Shown here one piece after another: positions 37,384 to 45,691 of a stretch of DNA of 57,617 nucleotides; the first letter of the stretch is position 1; the number at the start of each line of letters is the position of its first letter. The position numbers and the translations under genes are program-made. Source of the DNA: a virus; IMG/VR virus record IMGVR_UViG_3300029192_000002. One strand, given 5' to 3'. The notes beneath the pieces were generated by a model. That model was given only the letters and a program-made list of their open reading frames with translations, was not told the DNA's origin and ran no database searches.

Positions 37384-37753
37384 TATATTATATTTCAATG
37401 GATTACAAACCTATTTTTGCTTAGGCAAAATTTTAATAGGTGTTTGTCTATCCTTTAAATGCGTGTTATGATTGATAATTAGATAGTTACGAATTTTGCC
37501 TAAGCAAATTGCCTAAGCAAAATGGATTTGCCTAAGCAAAATTTATAATATACTGATAATCAATTTAATAGTATTTTATCATCGCCGAATAACGTTTTGC
37601 TTAGGCAAAAAACATAACGTATTGCATATCAATTATTTATGAGCCTATTTTTGCTTAGGCAAAAAAATAGCCTTTTTGCGTTTGCCTAAGCAAAATTTGC
37701 AATATATTATGGTTCAGTAGTTTACAATCCTATTTTTGCTTAGGCAAAATTTC
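37362..37753. repeat. Array of nine TTTGC-CTAA-GCAAA sites in both orientations, including two 73-bp direct repeats
   Basis: Forward copies start at 37362, 37495, 37509 (13/14), 37527 and 37681. Reverse copies (TTTGCTTAGGCAAA) start at 37416, 37596, 37650 and 37735. The 73-bp units 37362-37434 and 37681-37753 are about 88 percent identical, each holding a forward and a reverse copy 54 bp apart. An AT-rich TATATATA tract follows at about 37770-37800. Confidence 0.9.
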
Positions 37754-37845
37754 GTGTAAGTTATAAGGGATAATATATATACTATATATAATATTATATA
37801 GTTAATTAAGAGTAAATATATGAAATAGGGGTGTGGGGGAAGAAC

Positions 37846-37870
37846 AAAAAAAGGCACTTATGGAAGTGCC
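37846..37870 (-). terminator. Rho-independent terminator of the lipoprotein gene
   Basis: GGCACTT-ATGG-AAGTGCC hairpin (37853-37870) preceded on the plus strand by A7, which is a U-tract on the minus strand. Confidence 0.65.
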
Positions 37871-37892
37871 GTAATTTTACTTTTGGTAGATT

Positions 37893-38312
37893 CTATTTTG
37901 TTTCTACGTTAATTATGTCCGATATATCTTTATTGAAATAATAGGTACAATTAGTAATTGCATATCCCCCATAGGAGTTTTTTGCTCTATATCTATGGGA
38001 AATCTCCCAAGCTAAAGTATCGTAAGGATTTATACCATTACTTTCAAACATAGCTTTGATTTGTTCTAATTTTGAGTTAATGCTATCTGTTGGGAACTCT
38101 CCATCCGTTGCTCTTTTAACGGTTTCCGCTAATGCTTTAGACATAGGTGTAACTATTCCTATTTTCCCCATATCTATACACTCATAACTATCAGGGTCTT
38201 TTAGATTGTTCTCCAAATACCTGTTTATTAGTTTCTCAGCTTTGCATTGTGGATTGTTGCCATTACATCCTGTTATCAAAGCTATCAGGCAAAGCATTAG
38301 TAAAGTTCTCAT
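37893..38312 (-). CDS. Lipoprotein (139 aa), lysogeny-module moron
   Basis: From the ATG at 38312 it reads MRTLLMLCLIALITGCNGNN, a signal peptide with lipobox ITGC. The longer track ORF uses a TTG start and is less likely. The gene has its own terminator. Confidence 0.7.
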   Translation of the reverse strand: MRTLLMLCLIALITGCNGNNPQCKAEKLINRYLENNLKDPDSYECIDMGKIGIVTPMSKALAETVKRATDGEFPTDSINSKLEQIKAMFESNGINPYDTLAWEISHRYRAKNSYGGYAITNCTYYFNKDISDIINVETK

Positions 38313-38648
38313 AAGTGTGTATTTAACGGTTTTACTTAGCAAGCTACTGTAATACACACGAAAGCGTGGGATTACTCCGAGGATTAAGAGGTACGACCAA
38401 GCACCTAACAGCCCATACAAGAGTAATGCCCACGCAAAGCGCAGGCATTAGCAAATTGTCTGAGGGCTGTTTCTGAAATTTGGTCGTTTTCTTAATCCCT
38501 ACAACAATAGCCAATGCTATTTAGTGATATTTTAATTCAGCAACAAATATAATACATTATTTGTTATAGAAATAGTCTTGCAGTGTTATATTTATAATGA
38601 CGTATCAAAAATATATAGGTTTTTGTTTCCAAATAAGCGTGGATTTTG

Positions 38649-38656
38649 TACCTTTG
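38649..38656 (+). promoter_or_regulatory. -7 box TACCTTTG upstream of 38675
   Basis: TAnnTTTG box 19 nt before the ATG, with a TTTG at 38645-38648 region upstream. Confidence 0.35.
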
Positions 38657-38674
38657 TAGAAAATAGTAGTTTAT

Positions 38675-38920
38675 ATGGGTAATTGGAGCGAACGACAAGA
38701 AGCTAAGAAAGAAGTCAAGGAGAAAGAAAAAGCAAGTAGGGAAACGCTTGGAAAATTCTTCTACGACTTGGCTAAACTTGTATTTACGGCTATGGCTTTA
38801 GTTGGGGGCGTTTCGCTGATAGTCGATGAGCCTCAGATAAAACAAGGGGTGTTGCTCGCAACAGGAATGCTACTAACATATATATTTGCTTCTATAGGTT
38901 ATAACATTTTAAAAAGATAG
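38675..38920 (+). CDS. Small membrane protein (81 aa)
   Basis: Charged N-terminus followed by two hydrophobic segments (LAKLVFTAMALVGGVSLIV; VLLATGMLLTYIFASIGY). Confidence 0.55.
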   Translation: MGNWSERQEAKKEVKEKEKASRETLGKFFYDLAKLVFTAMALVGGVSLIVDEPQIKQGVLLATGMLLTYIFASIGYNILKR

Positions 38921-38924
38921 GAAT

Positions 38925-39029
38925 ATGGATTTTATGATTATGTTTTTCTCTATATGCTCAGTAATAGGCATTGGAATCTTAATTTGGTTTAAAACCAAAA
39001 GCGGTAAAAGATGGTTAGCTAATTTATGA
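38925..39029 (+). CDS. Possible 34-aa hydrophobic peptide (below the ORF-track cutoff)
   Basis: My translation is MDFMIMFFSICSVIGIGILIWFKTKSGKRWLANL, one TM segment plus a basic tail, 4 nt after the upstream stop and before a terminator. Confidence 0.3.
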   Translation: MDFMIMFFSICSVIGIGILIWFKTKSGKRWLANL

Positions 39030-39048
39030 TATGGAATATTTGTAAGAA

Positions 39049-39088
39049 ATAGCCCTATGCAGACTAATATTTGCATGGGGCTATTTTT
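39049..39088. terminator. Bidirectional terminator between convergent transcription units
   Basis: ATAGCCCTATGC pairs with GCATGGGGCTAT (12 bp, one mismatch, 12-nt loop) followed by TTTT. It overlaps the stop of the minus-strand gene 39081..39341. Confidence 0.5.
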
Positions 39089-39341
39089 GTTCTTCAAACA
39101 TTCTTCCCAATCCTGTAAGCAGCCATTTGGCACTTACTCCATACTCCTTAACCATAGGATGCAACCAAGATAATTGAAACCACCCACGCTCCAAGTCTTT
39201 TCTTTGCGCAATGAAATTTCTTCTATCTATGTTGTTAAGCCTACAGTATGTATTTACTCCTCTTATTTTCTTCATGGCTATAATGGCATCCAGCGCACTA
39301 TAGAACCTTTCCATTATTTGCTTGCTTATGACGGTATTCAT
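39081..39341 (-). CDS. Phage CI-repressor-type HTH protein (86 aa)
   Basis: ...GVNTYCRLNNIDRRNFIAQRK...EYGVSAKWLLTGLGRMFE ends like the Phage_CI_repr HTH domain (WLLTGxG). Confidence 0.55.
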   Translation of the reverse strand: MNTVISKQIMERFYSALDAIIAMKKIRGVNTYCRLNNIDRRNFIAQRKDLERGWFQLSWLHPMVKEYGVSAKWLLTGLGRMFEEQK

Positions 39342-39538
39342 TGCGATATATGGCTCTTCAAATTCTCTATATCGAATTTTAGCAACTCCAATTCACCTGT
39401 AGGCTCATTGGTTATTATAGCCGTAGTAATAGCGTTGGATATTTCCCTTTGCACATCTAATACCCTATCAGGGTTTACCCGGTTAATTAAAAGAACTTCT
39501 TTGTAGAGGTCTATAACCATTCTATAATACTTTTCCAT
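39338..39538 (-). CDS. Hypothetical protein (66 aa)
   Basis: ATGA overlap with the downstream gene, in the repressor operon. Confidence 0.5.
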   Translation of the reverse strand: MEKYYRMVIDLYKEVLLINRVNPDRVLDVQREISNAITTAIITNEPTGELELLKFDIENLKSHISQ

Positions 39539-39568
39539 ATCAATATTTCCTTTGCTTTAAACCAAACA

Positions 39569-40012
39569 CTATACGGCATTGGCACATTCGGCAGGATTCC
39601 CCGTTTGGGCACTTCCCTTTTTAAGTTCCTCTATTTCGTTTTGCAATCTGCCTATCAATCTATTCAACCGTTCTATTTCCTTATCTTTTTCTACTAACAT
39701 TCCATAAGGTGCAATCAGCTTGTCATTCATCATCTTTACGACTTGTCTTGAAAAAGCGTCAGCACCAGCAAACATGAAATCTTCGGGAGTGACTTCTTTT
39801 AATACCGTATTTTGTTTCGGTGATATATCCGAATAATATTTTGAAATATCACCGAATTTAGACTGCAATATATCCAATTTCTCTTTTGAGATTGGTTTTA
39901 TTCCGTTTTCTATATTTGAAATATAGTTCTGTTTGCACATTAATAGTTCTGCCAACTCCTTTTGGGTAAGTTCTCTATCAATTCTAAAACGTTTTAAATC
40001 AAATCGTTGCAT
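39569..40012 (-). CDS. XRE-family HTH repressor (CI-like)
   Basis: N-terminal HTH LTQKELAELLMCKQNYISNIENGIKPIS with a C-terminal coiled coil. It is divergent from a Cro-like gene across a 135-bp switch region. Confidence 0.8.
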   Translation of the reverse strand: MQRFDLKRFRIDRELTQKELAELLMCKQNYISNIENGIKPISKEKLDILQSKFGDISKYYSDISPKQNTVLKEVTPEDFMFAGADAFSRQVVKMMNDKLIAPYGMLVEKDKEIERLNRLIGRLQNEIEELKKGSAQTGNPAECANAV

Positions 40013-40043
40013 ACAAATAGAATATTTTTAATAGAAAATATAT

Positions 40044-40098
40044 CCAAAAAGTTTTGTTATATTCGGATATATAGCCTATATTTGTTGCGTAATTAAAT
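40044..40098 (+). promoter_or_regulatory. Early-right promoter element (-33 TTTG 40053-40056, -7 TATATTTG 40077-40084)
   Basis: Consensus boxes with a 20-nt spacer. The element is the inverted counterpart of 10377-10429. A second, minus-strand -7 box (plus-strand CAAATATA at 40110-40117) faces the repressor gene. Confidence 0.55.
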
Positions 40099-40126
40099 AA
40101 ATGACATTACAAATATAGCCAAAAAG

Positions 40127-40143
40127 CGTGTTTGTAGAACATA
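40127..40143. promoter_or_regulatory. Weak palindromic site CGTGTTT-GTA-GAACATA just upstream of the Cro-like gene
   Basis: Degenerate instance of TGTGTTN-N3-NAACACA, 4 nt before the ATG at 40148. Confidence 0.3.
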
Positions 40144-40147
40144 TAAA

Positions 40148-40402
40148 TTGGAGAAAATGAAAAAAGTAACCCGAAAAGACTATCAGTCTTTTATTCAGAT
40201 TTACAAAGGATTGCCCGGAAGAAGTGCCGTAAAAGCTCCAAAGACAGAGTTTGTGGAGGAAATAGCGGCTCTGTGTATGTGTAGTACCAAGACGGTGCGA
40301 ATGTGGATTCATGGCGTGCAAAAGCCGGATGCTCTCAAACAAAAGATGATTAGTGATAAACTGGGCGTTCCAGCCGATATTTTATTTCCTGTTACGGCAT
40401 GA
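40148..40402 (+). CDS. Cro-like / small HTH regulator (84 aa)
   Basis: First rightward gene of the switch. ...EIAALCMCSTKTVRMWIHGVQKPD looks like an HTH. Confidence 0.5.
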   Translation: MEKMKKVTRKDYQSFIQIYKGLPGRSAVKAPKTEFVEEIAALCMCSTKTVRMWIHGVQKPDALKQKMISDKLGVPADILFPVTA

Positions 40403-40950
40403 AAGCTATAGAGTTCTACACGACTCCGGAGGGTGAAGTTACTATGCGCCCTATCGGAGAAGCCGAAAGACAGTTGAAAGAAACTGATACCGACTTTATC
40501 CAAGCATTCTTGTCTATACTAAGGGAGTTTTACCCCGAAGCATACGATGCGCTTATGGATAGATACTCTAAAAGTTCAAACAACAAGAGGTATCGGGATT
40601 TTATAGCGGTTCGCAGATTCATTAAATGCAACTTCGGTCTATATGACAACATGATTGATGTAGATGAGAATTGGAACTTTAATTTTGAGTTTGTGGGTTG
40701 TCCGTTACGTGGAGAATGCAAATATGACAAAGTAATTTGCGCCCCTAAATTTAATTCCAAGTTGTCAGACAGACAAATAGAAGTTATGCGAATGCTCTAT
40801 GATGGGAAAAACGATTCTGAAATAGCCGAAAAGCTGTTTATCTCTTTAAATACCGTGAACAACCATAGAAAAAACAGTTTCCGAAAGGTTGGCGTACATT
40901 CAATGGCTGAATTTATGCGGTATGCTATGACTAACAATCTTTTTAAATAA
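40399..40950 (+). CDS. LuxR/FixJ-type C-terminal HTH transcription regulator
   Basis: LSDRQIEVMRMLYDGKNDSEIAEKLFISLNTVNNHRKNSFRKVGV is a canonical LuxR-type HTH. Confidence 0.75.
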   Translation: MKAIEFYTTPEGEVTMRPIGEAERQLKETDTDFIQAFLSILREFYPEAYDALMDRYSKSSNNKRYRDFIAVRRFIKCNFGLYDNMIDVDENWNFNFEFVGCPLRGECKYDKVICAPKFNSKLSDRQIEVMRMLYDGKNDSEIAEKLFISLNTVNNHRKNSFRKVGVHSMAEFMRYAMTNNLFK

Positions 40951-40964
40951 TAAATGCAACACCG

Positions 40965-41177
40965 ATGAAAGGAGAAACTTTAGCAAACCTTATCCAATGT
41001 GGCGTTACGCTACTTCTTGGCATTGTCGCCCTTGTTGGGGCATTGTTCTGTGATGCCTCATTCCATTTCTGTACTGCTATAGCTTGTTTTTGGTTGGCAT
41101 GGGTTTTCTATACCGACAATGAGTATGGGATAGTAAGTGTTAGAGAATATTTTAAGAACCGCTATAAAAAGGACTGA
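40965..41177 (+). CDS. Small membrane protein (70 aa)
   Basis: Two hydrophobic segments (CGVTLLLGIVALVGALF; FCTAIACFWLAWVFY). Confidence 0.5.
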   Translation: MKGETLANLIQCGVTLLLGIVALVGALFCDASFHFCTAIACFWLAWVFYTDNEYGIVSVREYFKNRYKKD

Positions 41178-41180
41178 CCT

Positions 41181-41465
41181 ATGGCAATTCAGATGGAACT
41201 ATACGAGTTAAAGAACCTCTGTATGGAAATGGCTTCTTTGGGTGCTGCCAACTATGTAAAACAGACTGCCCCGGCAAAAGACCTCATTTCACAACGTGAA
41301 GCATACAGACTGTTTCAAGAGTGCCGGGTGAAACGCTGGCAGAAAGACGGCAGGGTTTCCACTATCCGGGGCGGTAGCTCTATACATTCCAAAGTGCTGT
41401 ATTCACGTGCCGAACTTTTGGCGGTAGATAAATCAGAAAAAATCAATTCTATAATTAACAAGTAA
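41181..41465 (+). CDS. Hypothetical protein, possible excisionase-type HTH (94 aa)
   Basis: ISQREAYRLFQECRVKRWQKDGRV resembles MerR/excisionase-type HTH proteins. Weak evidence. Confidence 0.4.
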   Translation: MAIQMELYELKNLCMEMASLGAANYVKQTAPAKDLISQREAYRLFQECRVKRWQKDGRVSTIRGGSSIHSKVLYSRAELLAVDKSEKINSIINK

Positions 41466-41466
41466 T

Positions 41467-43428
41467 ATGCGTACAATCAAATTAAAATCATTATCCCTTA
41501 TCAACTTTAAGGGTGTCAGAAGCCTAAATATCGGTTTCTCCGATGCGGAAACGCTGGTTGCCGGAGATAACGGTACAGGAAAAACAACAGTGTTTGATTC
41601 GTTCCTTTGGTTGCTCTTTGGTAAAGACAGTACAGGACGTTCGGACAGTAATTTCAACATTAAGACGTTGGATGCGGACGGAAAGCCTATTTTGCATCTT
41701 GAACACTCCGTTACGGGTGTGCTTTCGGTGGATGGCAAGACGGTAACACTGCAACGCTGCTATGTGGAAAACTGGGTGAAGCCCCGTGGAACTACGGAAG
41801 AAAGCCTAAAGAACCATGCTACAGAGTTCTATTTGAATGGTGTGAAGCTGGCTACCAAAAAGGAGTATGACAGTGAAGTTGCTGCCATCATCCCGGAAGA
41901 TGTTTTCCGAATGATAACCAACCCTTTCTACTTTACATCAATGAAGCCGGAAGTGCAAAAAGAAATCCTTTTGGATATGGTAGGAACGCTTACCGACCAA
42001 GACGTAGCACAGACCAAGCCCGAATATTTGGAGTTGCTGGCTCAGTTGTCCGGCAGGAGCATCGCCCAATACGCTAAAGAGGTAGCCGCCAAGAAAAAGG
42101 CTTGCAAAGATGAATTGTCGGTTATTCCCTCTCAGATAGAAACGGCTCGTAAACTTATGCCGGACGAAGAGGATTGGGTAGCCATTGATAGCGAGATTAC
42201 GGATAAAAATGCCCGTATTCGGCAGATTGATGAACAAATTACTGACAAATCAAAGCTGAATGAGCAGGAATACCAAAGAAAGGCTAATATCCAAAAGCAG
42301 ATTGGGGAAAAACGCTTGCAACTTACCAACAGAGAAAATGCCATCCATACGGAAGCGAATAAGGGGCGCAGTGAGGCTTCTTTCAAGTTAAATGAATTGG
42401 AATATACCCTACGCACCGAAAATGGAAATTTGAACCGTAAAAAGGACGATGTGGCGGCTATTGATACGGAAATAAATGCGCTTAACACCAAGTTATCCGC
42501 TTTGCGTGGAGAATTTGCCTCAATCAGTACGGAAGAACTAACCTATGATAATGGAGAATTTATTTGCCCCACTTGCAAACGTTCTTTAGAAATTGAGGAT
42601 ATAGAAGCCAAGCAGCGTGAAATGCAAGCCAACTTCAACGCTAATAAGGCGGCACGTCTGAAAGCGAATAAAGAGGCTGGCATGGCTAAAAAGCAACGGC
42701 TTGAAGAAGTGCAAGGGCTTAAAGACCGTACCAATGCCGAAATCGTGGAGCTGGAACAAAAGATAGAGCGTATCAATGCCGATATTCAACAAGCAAAGGC
42801 TTCTATCCCCGAAGTTCAAAACGTGGAAGCAATGATAGCATCCGACCAAACTTGCATTGACATCAAGAACGAGATTGTCGAACTTGAAAATCAGCTCAAA
42901 GTGGATGCAAAGATTGTGGACGTGTCGGAACTGCAATCGGAGAAAAGAACTTTGAATGAAGCCGTGCAAGGCTTATACAAGCGTTTGGCAAACCGTGAAC
43001 AAATCGGCAGGGCTGAAAAGGAAATCGCCTCTTTGGAAGAAAAGCGCATTGCCAACAATCAAAAGTTGGCAGACCTTGAAAAATGGGAGTTTACGGCACT
43101 CCAATTCCAAAAGGATAAGGATGCGGAGCTGTTGAAACGCATTAACGGAATGTTCAGGTATGTATCATTCTCCTTTGTGAATGAACAACTGAACGGAGGC
43201 GAAAAGCTGACGTGTGTATGTACCGTGAACGGTACGCCTTTCCTTGACGTGAACAATGCCGGACAAATCAATGCCGGAATAGATATAATCAATGCCATTT
43301 GCACGACAAAGGGGGTATCTGCACCGATTTTCGTTGATAATGCGGAAAGCGTGAACCAAATTATCCCATCACTGAGCCAAATTATCCGGCTGGTGGTAAC
43401 TACAGACAAAGAACTAACCATTAAATAA
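41467..43428 (+). CDS. AAA/SMC-like (SbcC/Rad50-type) ATPase
   Basis: N-terminal Walker A GDNGTGKTT, a long central coiled coil with a CxxC hook-like motif (FICPTCKRS), and a C-terminal PIFVDNAES Walker B-like block. Confidence 0.75.
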   Translation: MRTIKLKSLSLINFKGVRSLNIGFSDAETLVAGDNGTGKTTVFDSFLWLLFGKDSTGRSDSNFNIKTLDADGKPILHLEHSVTGVLSVDGKTVTLQRCYVENWVKPRGTTEESLKNHATEFYLNGVKLATKKEYDSEVAAIIPEDVFRMITNPFYFTSMKPEVQKEILLDMVGTLTDQDVAQTKPEYLELLAQLSGRSIAQYAKEVAAKKKACKDELSVIPSQIETARKLMPDEEDWVAIDSEITDKNARIRQIDEQITDKSKLNEQEYQRKANIQKQIGEKRLQLTNRENAIHTEANKGRSEASFKLNELEYTLRTENGNLNRKKDDVAAIDTEINALNTKLSALRGEFASISTEELTYDNGEFICPTCKRSLEIEDIEAKQREMQANFNANKAARLKANKEAGMAKKQRLEEVQGLKDRTNAEIVELEQKIERINADIQQAKASIPEVQNVEAMIASDQTCIDIKNEIVELENQLKVDAKIVDVSELQSEKRTLNEAVQGLYKRLANREQIGRAEKEIASLEEKRIANNQKLADLEKWEFTALQFQKDKDAELLKRINGMFRYVSFSFVNEQLNGGEKLTCVCTVNGTPFLDVNNAGQINAGIDIINAICTTKGVSAPIFVDNAESVNQIIPSLSQIIRLVVTTDKELTIK

Positions 43429-43436
43429 TTACGATT

Positions 43437-44390
43437 ATGACACAGCAAGCGAGTACGGCAGTACAACAGACTGCAAACGGGGGGCAGGTCGCCACCCAAA
43501 GAAAGCCTGTAGATATTCTTAAAAGCATGATGAGTGCCGAAAGCGTACAAGAACAATTCAAAAATGCGCTTGGTAAAAATTCGGCAACATTCGTAGCCTC
43601 TGTAATTGACCTATACAACGGAGATAGTAATCTGCAACTCTGTAATCCTAAACAGGTGGTAATGGAAGCACTCAAAGCCGCCACGTTACATTTGCCAATA
43701 AACAAGGCTTTGGGCTATGCTTTCATTATCCCGTTCAAAAACTCCAAAAAGGATGAAAAGGGCAACTGGATTAAAGTGTATGAGCCGACTTTTCAAATGG
43801 GCTATAAGGGTTATATTCAACTTGCCATGCGCACGGGGCAATACCGTACCATCAATGCGGATGTGGTGTATGATGGTGAGTTGCGCAAGGTAAACAAACT
43901 GACCGGGGAAATAGCCTTTGACGGTGAAAGGAAAAGCGATAAGGTGATAGGCTATTTCTGTTACTTTGAACTTATGAACGGCTTTAGCAAGACTTTGTAC
44001 ATGACAGTGGAGCAAATGGCAAACCACGCAAAGCGATATAGTAAAGCCATCACAAGCGATAAGGATGTAACGGTAGAAAAGTTGCTGAATTTGGCAAATT
44101 TGCCCGTTTCTCCCGATAGCAACAAGGTTGGCTGGATGGGTAACTTTCACGGAATGGCACAAAAAACCGTTATCCGTAATTTACTGAGTAAATACGGCTA
44201 TTTGTCCGTAGAAATGCAAAATGCCATCACTAACGACTACGAGGGTGACGAAACTTCACAGCGTGATATATTGACCGACAATTACGCAAACAAACAATTG
44301 ATTGATGCGGAAGATGTGAGCTTTGAAAGCGTGTCTGAACACCATACGGGAAGCGAGCAACAAACGGCAACTATTGACCCCGGATATTGA
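43437..44390 (+). CDS. recT: RecT-family single-strand annealing recombinase
   Basis: ...LPINKALGYAFIIPFKN...FQMGYKGYIQLAMRTGQYRTINADVVYDGE... matches the RecT core pattern. Confidence 0.82.
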   Translation: MTQQASTAVQQTANGGQVATQRKPVDILKSMMSAESVQEQFKNALGKNSATFVASVIDLYNGDSNLQLCNPKQVVMEALKAATLHLPINKALGYAFIIPFKNSKKDEKGNWIKVYEPTFQMGYKGYIQLAMRTGQYRTINADVVYDGELRKVNKLTGEIAFDGERKSDKVIGYFCYFELMNGFSKTLYMTVEQMANHAKRYSKAITSDKDVTVEKLLNLANLPVSPDSNKVGWMGNFHGMAQKTVIRNLLSKYGYLSVEMQNAITNDYEGDETSQRDILTDNYANKQLIDAEDVSFESVSEHHTGSEQQTATIDPGY

Positions 44391-44396
44391 TAGCGT

Positions 44397-45125
44397 ATGA
44401 AACTGATAGTTCTTGGTTCAAGTAGTAATGGCAACTGTTACATTTTGGATAACGGTAATGAAGCTCTGATTATAGAGGCTGGAATCCGTTTCCAAGAAGT
44501 CAAGAAAGCATTGGATTTCAATCTGAGAAAGGTTGTAGGGTGTGTGGTGACACACGCCCACAACGACCACGCCAAATATATCAAGGCAATGGTGGATAGT
44601 GGATTTTACACGTTGGCATTGCGGGAGGTATGGACTGCAAAGAGTGTTTGGGATTCTCGTTCTTTAGTGGTTAAAGAGGGCAAAGGCTATAAGATGGGTA
44701 ATTTTAAGGTACTTCCTTTTCCAGCTTGCCATGATGTGCCATGTGTCGGCTATCTGATAGACCACCCCGATATGGGAAAGATGGTATTTCTTACCGATAG
44801 CTGTATGTGCGAATATCAGTTCAAGGGGCTTAACCATGTTCTGATAGAGTGCAATTACTCTGATAAGAAGCTCATCGAGGCGATTACAGCCGGGCGCACG
44901 TTGCCCTCACAGCGTGAACGCCTGCTTACCTCACACATGGAGCTTACTACGTGCAAGGGCTTTTTGGAAGCAAACGACTTATCCCATGTTTCAGAAATCG
45001 TGCTTTTGCACCTTTCCGAGAATAATAGCGATGAGCCTTACTTCATATCGGAAGTGGAAAGGCATACTGGGAAAGTGGTTTATGCGGCAAAGCCGGGTTT
45101 AATGATTGATTTAGATAAGACATAA
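44397..45125 (+). CDS. Metallo-beta-lactamase-fold hydrolase (probable nuclease partner of RecT)
   Basis: HxHxDH motif (VVTHAHNDHAKY), directly downstream of recT. Confidence 0.78.
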   Translation: MKLIVLGSSSNGNCYILDNGNEALIIEAGIRFQEVKKALDFNLRKVVGCVVTHAHNDHAKYIKAMVDSGFYTLALREVWTAKSVWDSRSLVVKEGKGYKMGNFKVLPFPACHDVPCVGYLIDHPDMGKMVFLTDSCMCEYQFKGLNHVLIECNYSDKKLIEAITAGRTLPSQRERLLTSHMELTTCKGFLEANDLSHVSEIVLLHLSENNSDEPYFISEVERHTGKVVYAAKPGLMIDLDKT

Positions 45126-45128
45126 GAA

Positions 45129-45560
45129 ATGGCTAAACTCCAAGTAGAAAAAAGGAACGGGTTATTTGATTTGAAGCCTCTGTATGAGTGGATGCGTAAC
45201 GCTTTGGATGGTATCTATAGGATAGAGGTTAAAAAGGTTAGAAAACCACGTTCTTTAGACCAAAACGGGTGGTTGTTCGGGTGTATTTACCCTATCCTTT
45301 TAGACGCTCTTTTGGAAGCTGGTTGGGAGTTTGTTTCGGTGGAACAAGTACATGAGTTTTTTAAGGCTCAAATGACTGCCGACAAAGTAGTAAACAAGCA
45401 CACTGGGGAAATTATAGAGTTTCCACGTTCAACCGCTACGATGAACACTGTTACATTCTCAACCTATTGTGAAAAGCTGAGGGAGTATGCCAAAGAGTTT
45501 TTGAATGTAGATATTCCCGACCCGGATAAATACTGGAGAAGCCATGAAAAGAATACCTAA
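45129..45560 (+). CDS. NinB-like recombination protein
   Basis: PRSLDQNGWLFGCIYPIL resembles the RSLDQNRKLWA block of lambda NinB. By eye only. Confidence 0.45.
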   Translation: MAKLQVEKRNGLFDLKPLYEWMRNALDGIYRIEVKKVRKPRSLDQNGWLFGCIYPILLDALLEAGWEFVSVEQVHEFFKAQMTADKVVNKHTGEIIEFPRSTATMNTVTFSTYCEKLREYAKEFLNVDIPDPDKYWRSHEKNT

Positions 45561-45691
45561 CAGCGTGGTATCTGAACTGATACGCTTAGTGCCCATTTTG
45601 ATAGCAAATATTCCACCCGGACAAAGTACGAGAGTGGATAACGCAATAAGATTAACAAAAAAGATTATTAACAAATTAAAAACATTGAAAG

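Noticed and set aside
37362-37753. The repeat array next to int read as a CRISPR array.
   Set aside because: The repeats are only 14 bp, occur in both orientations and have irregular spacing (14 to about 90 bp). No cas genes or leader are present.
38313-38420. The N-terminal extension of the lipoprotein ORF (track start 38420).
   Set aside because: It starts with TTG and would place 36 residues in front of a canonical signal peptide and lipobox. The ATG at 38312 gives a standard lipoprotein precursor.
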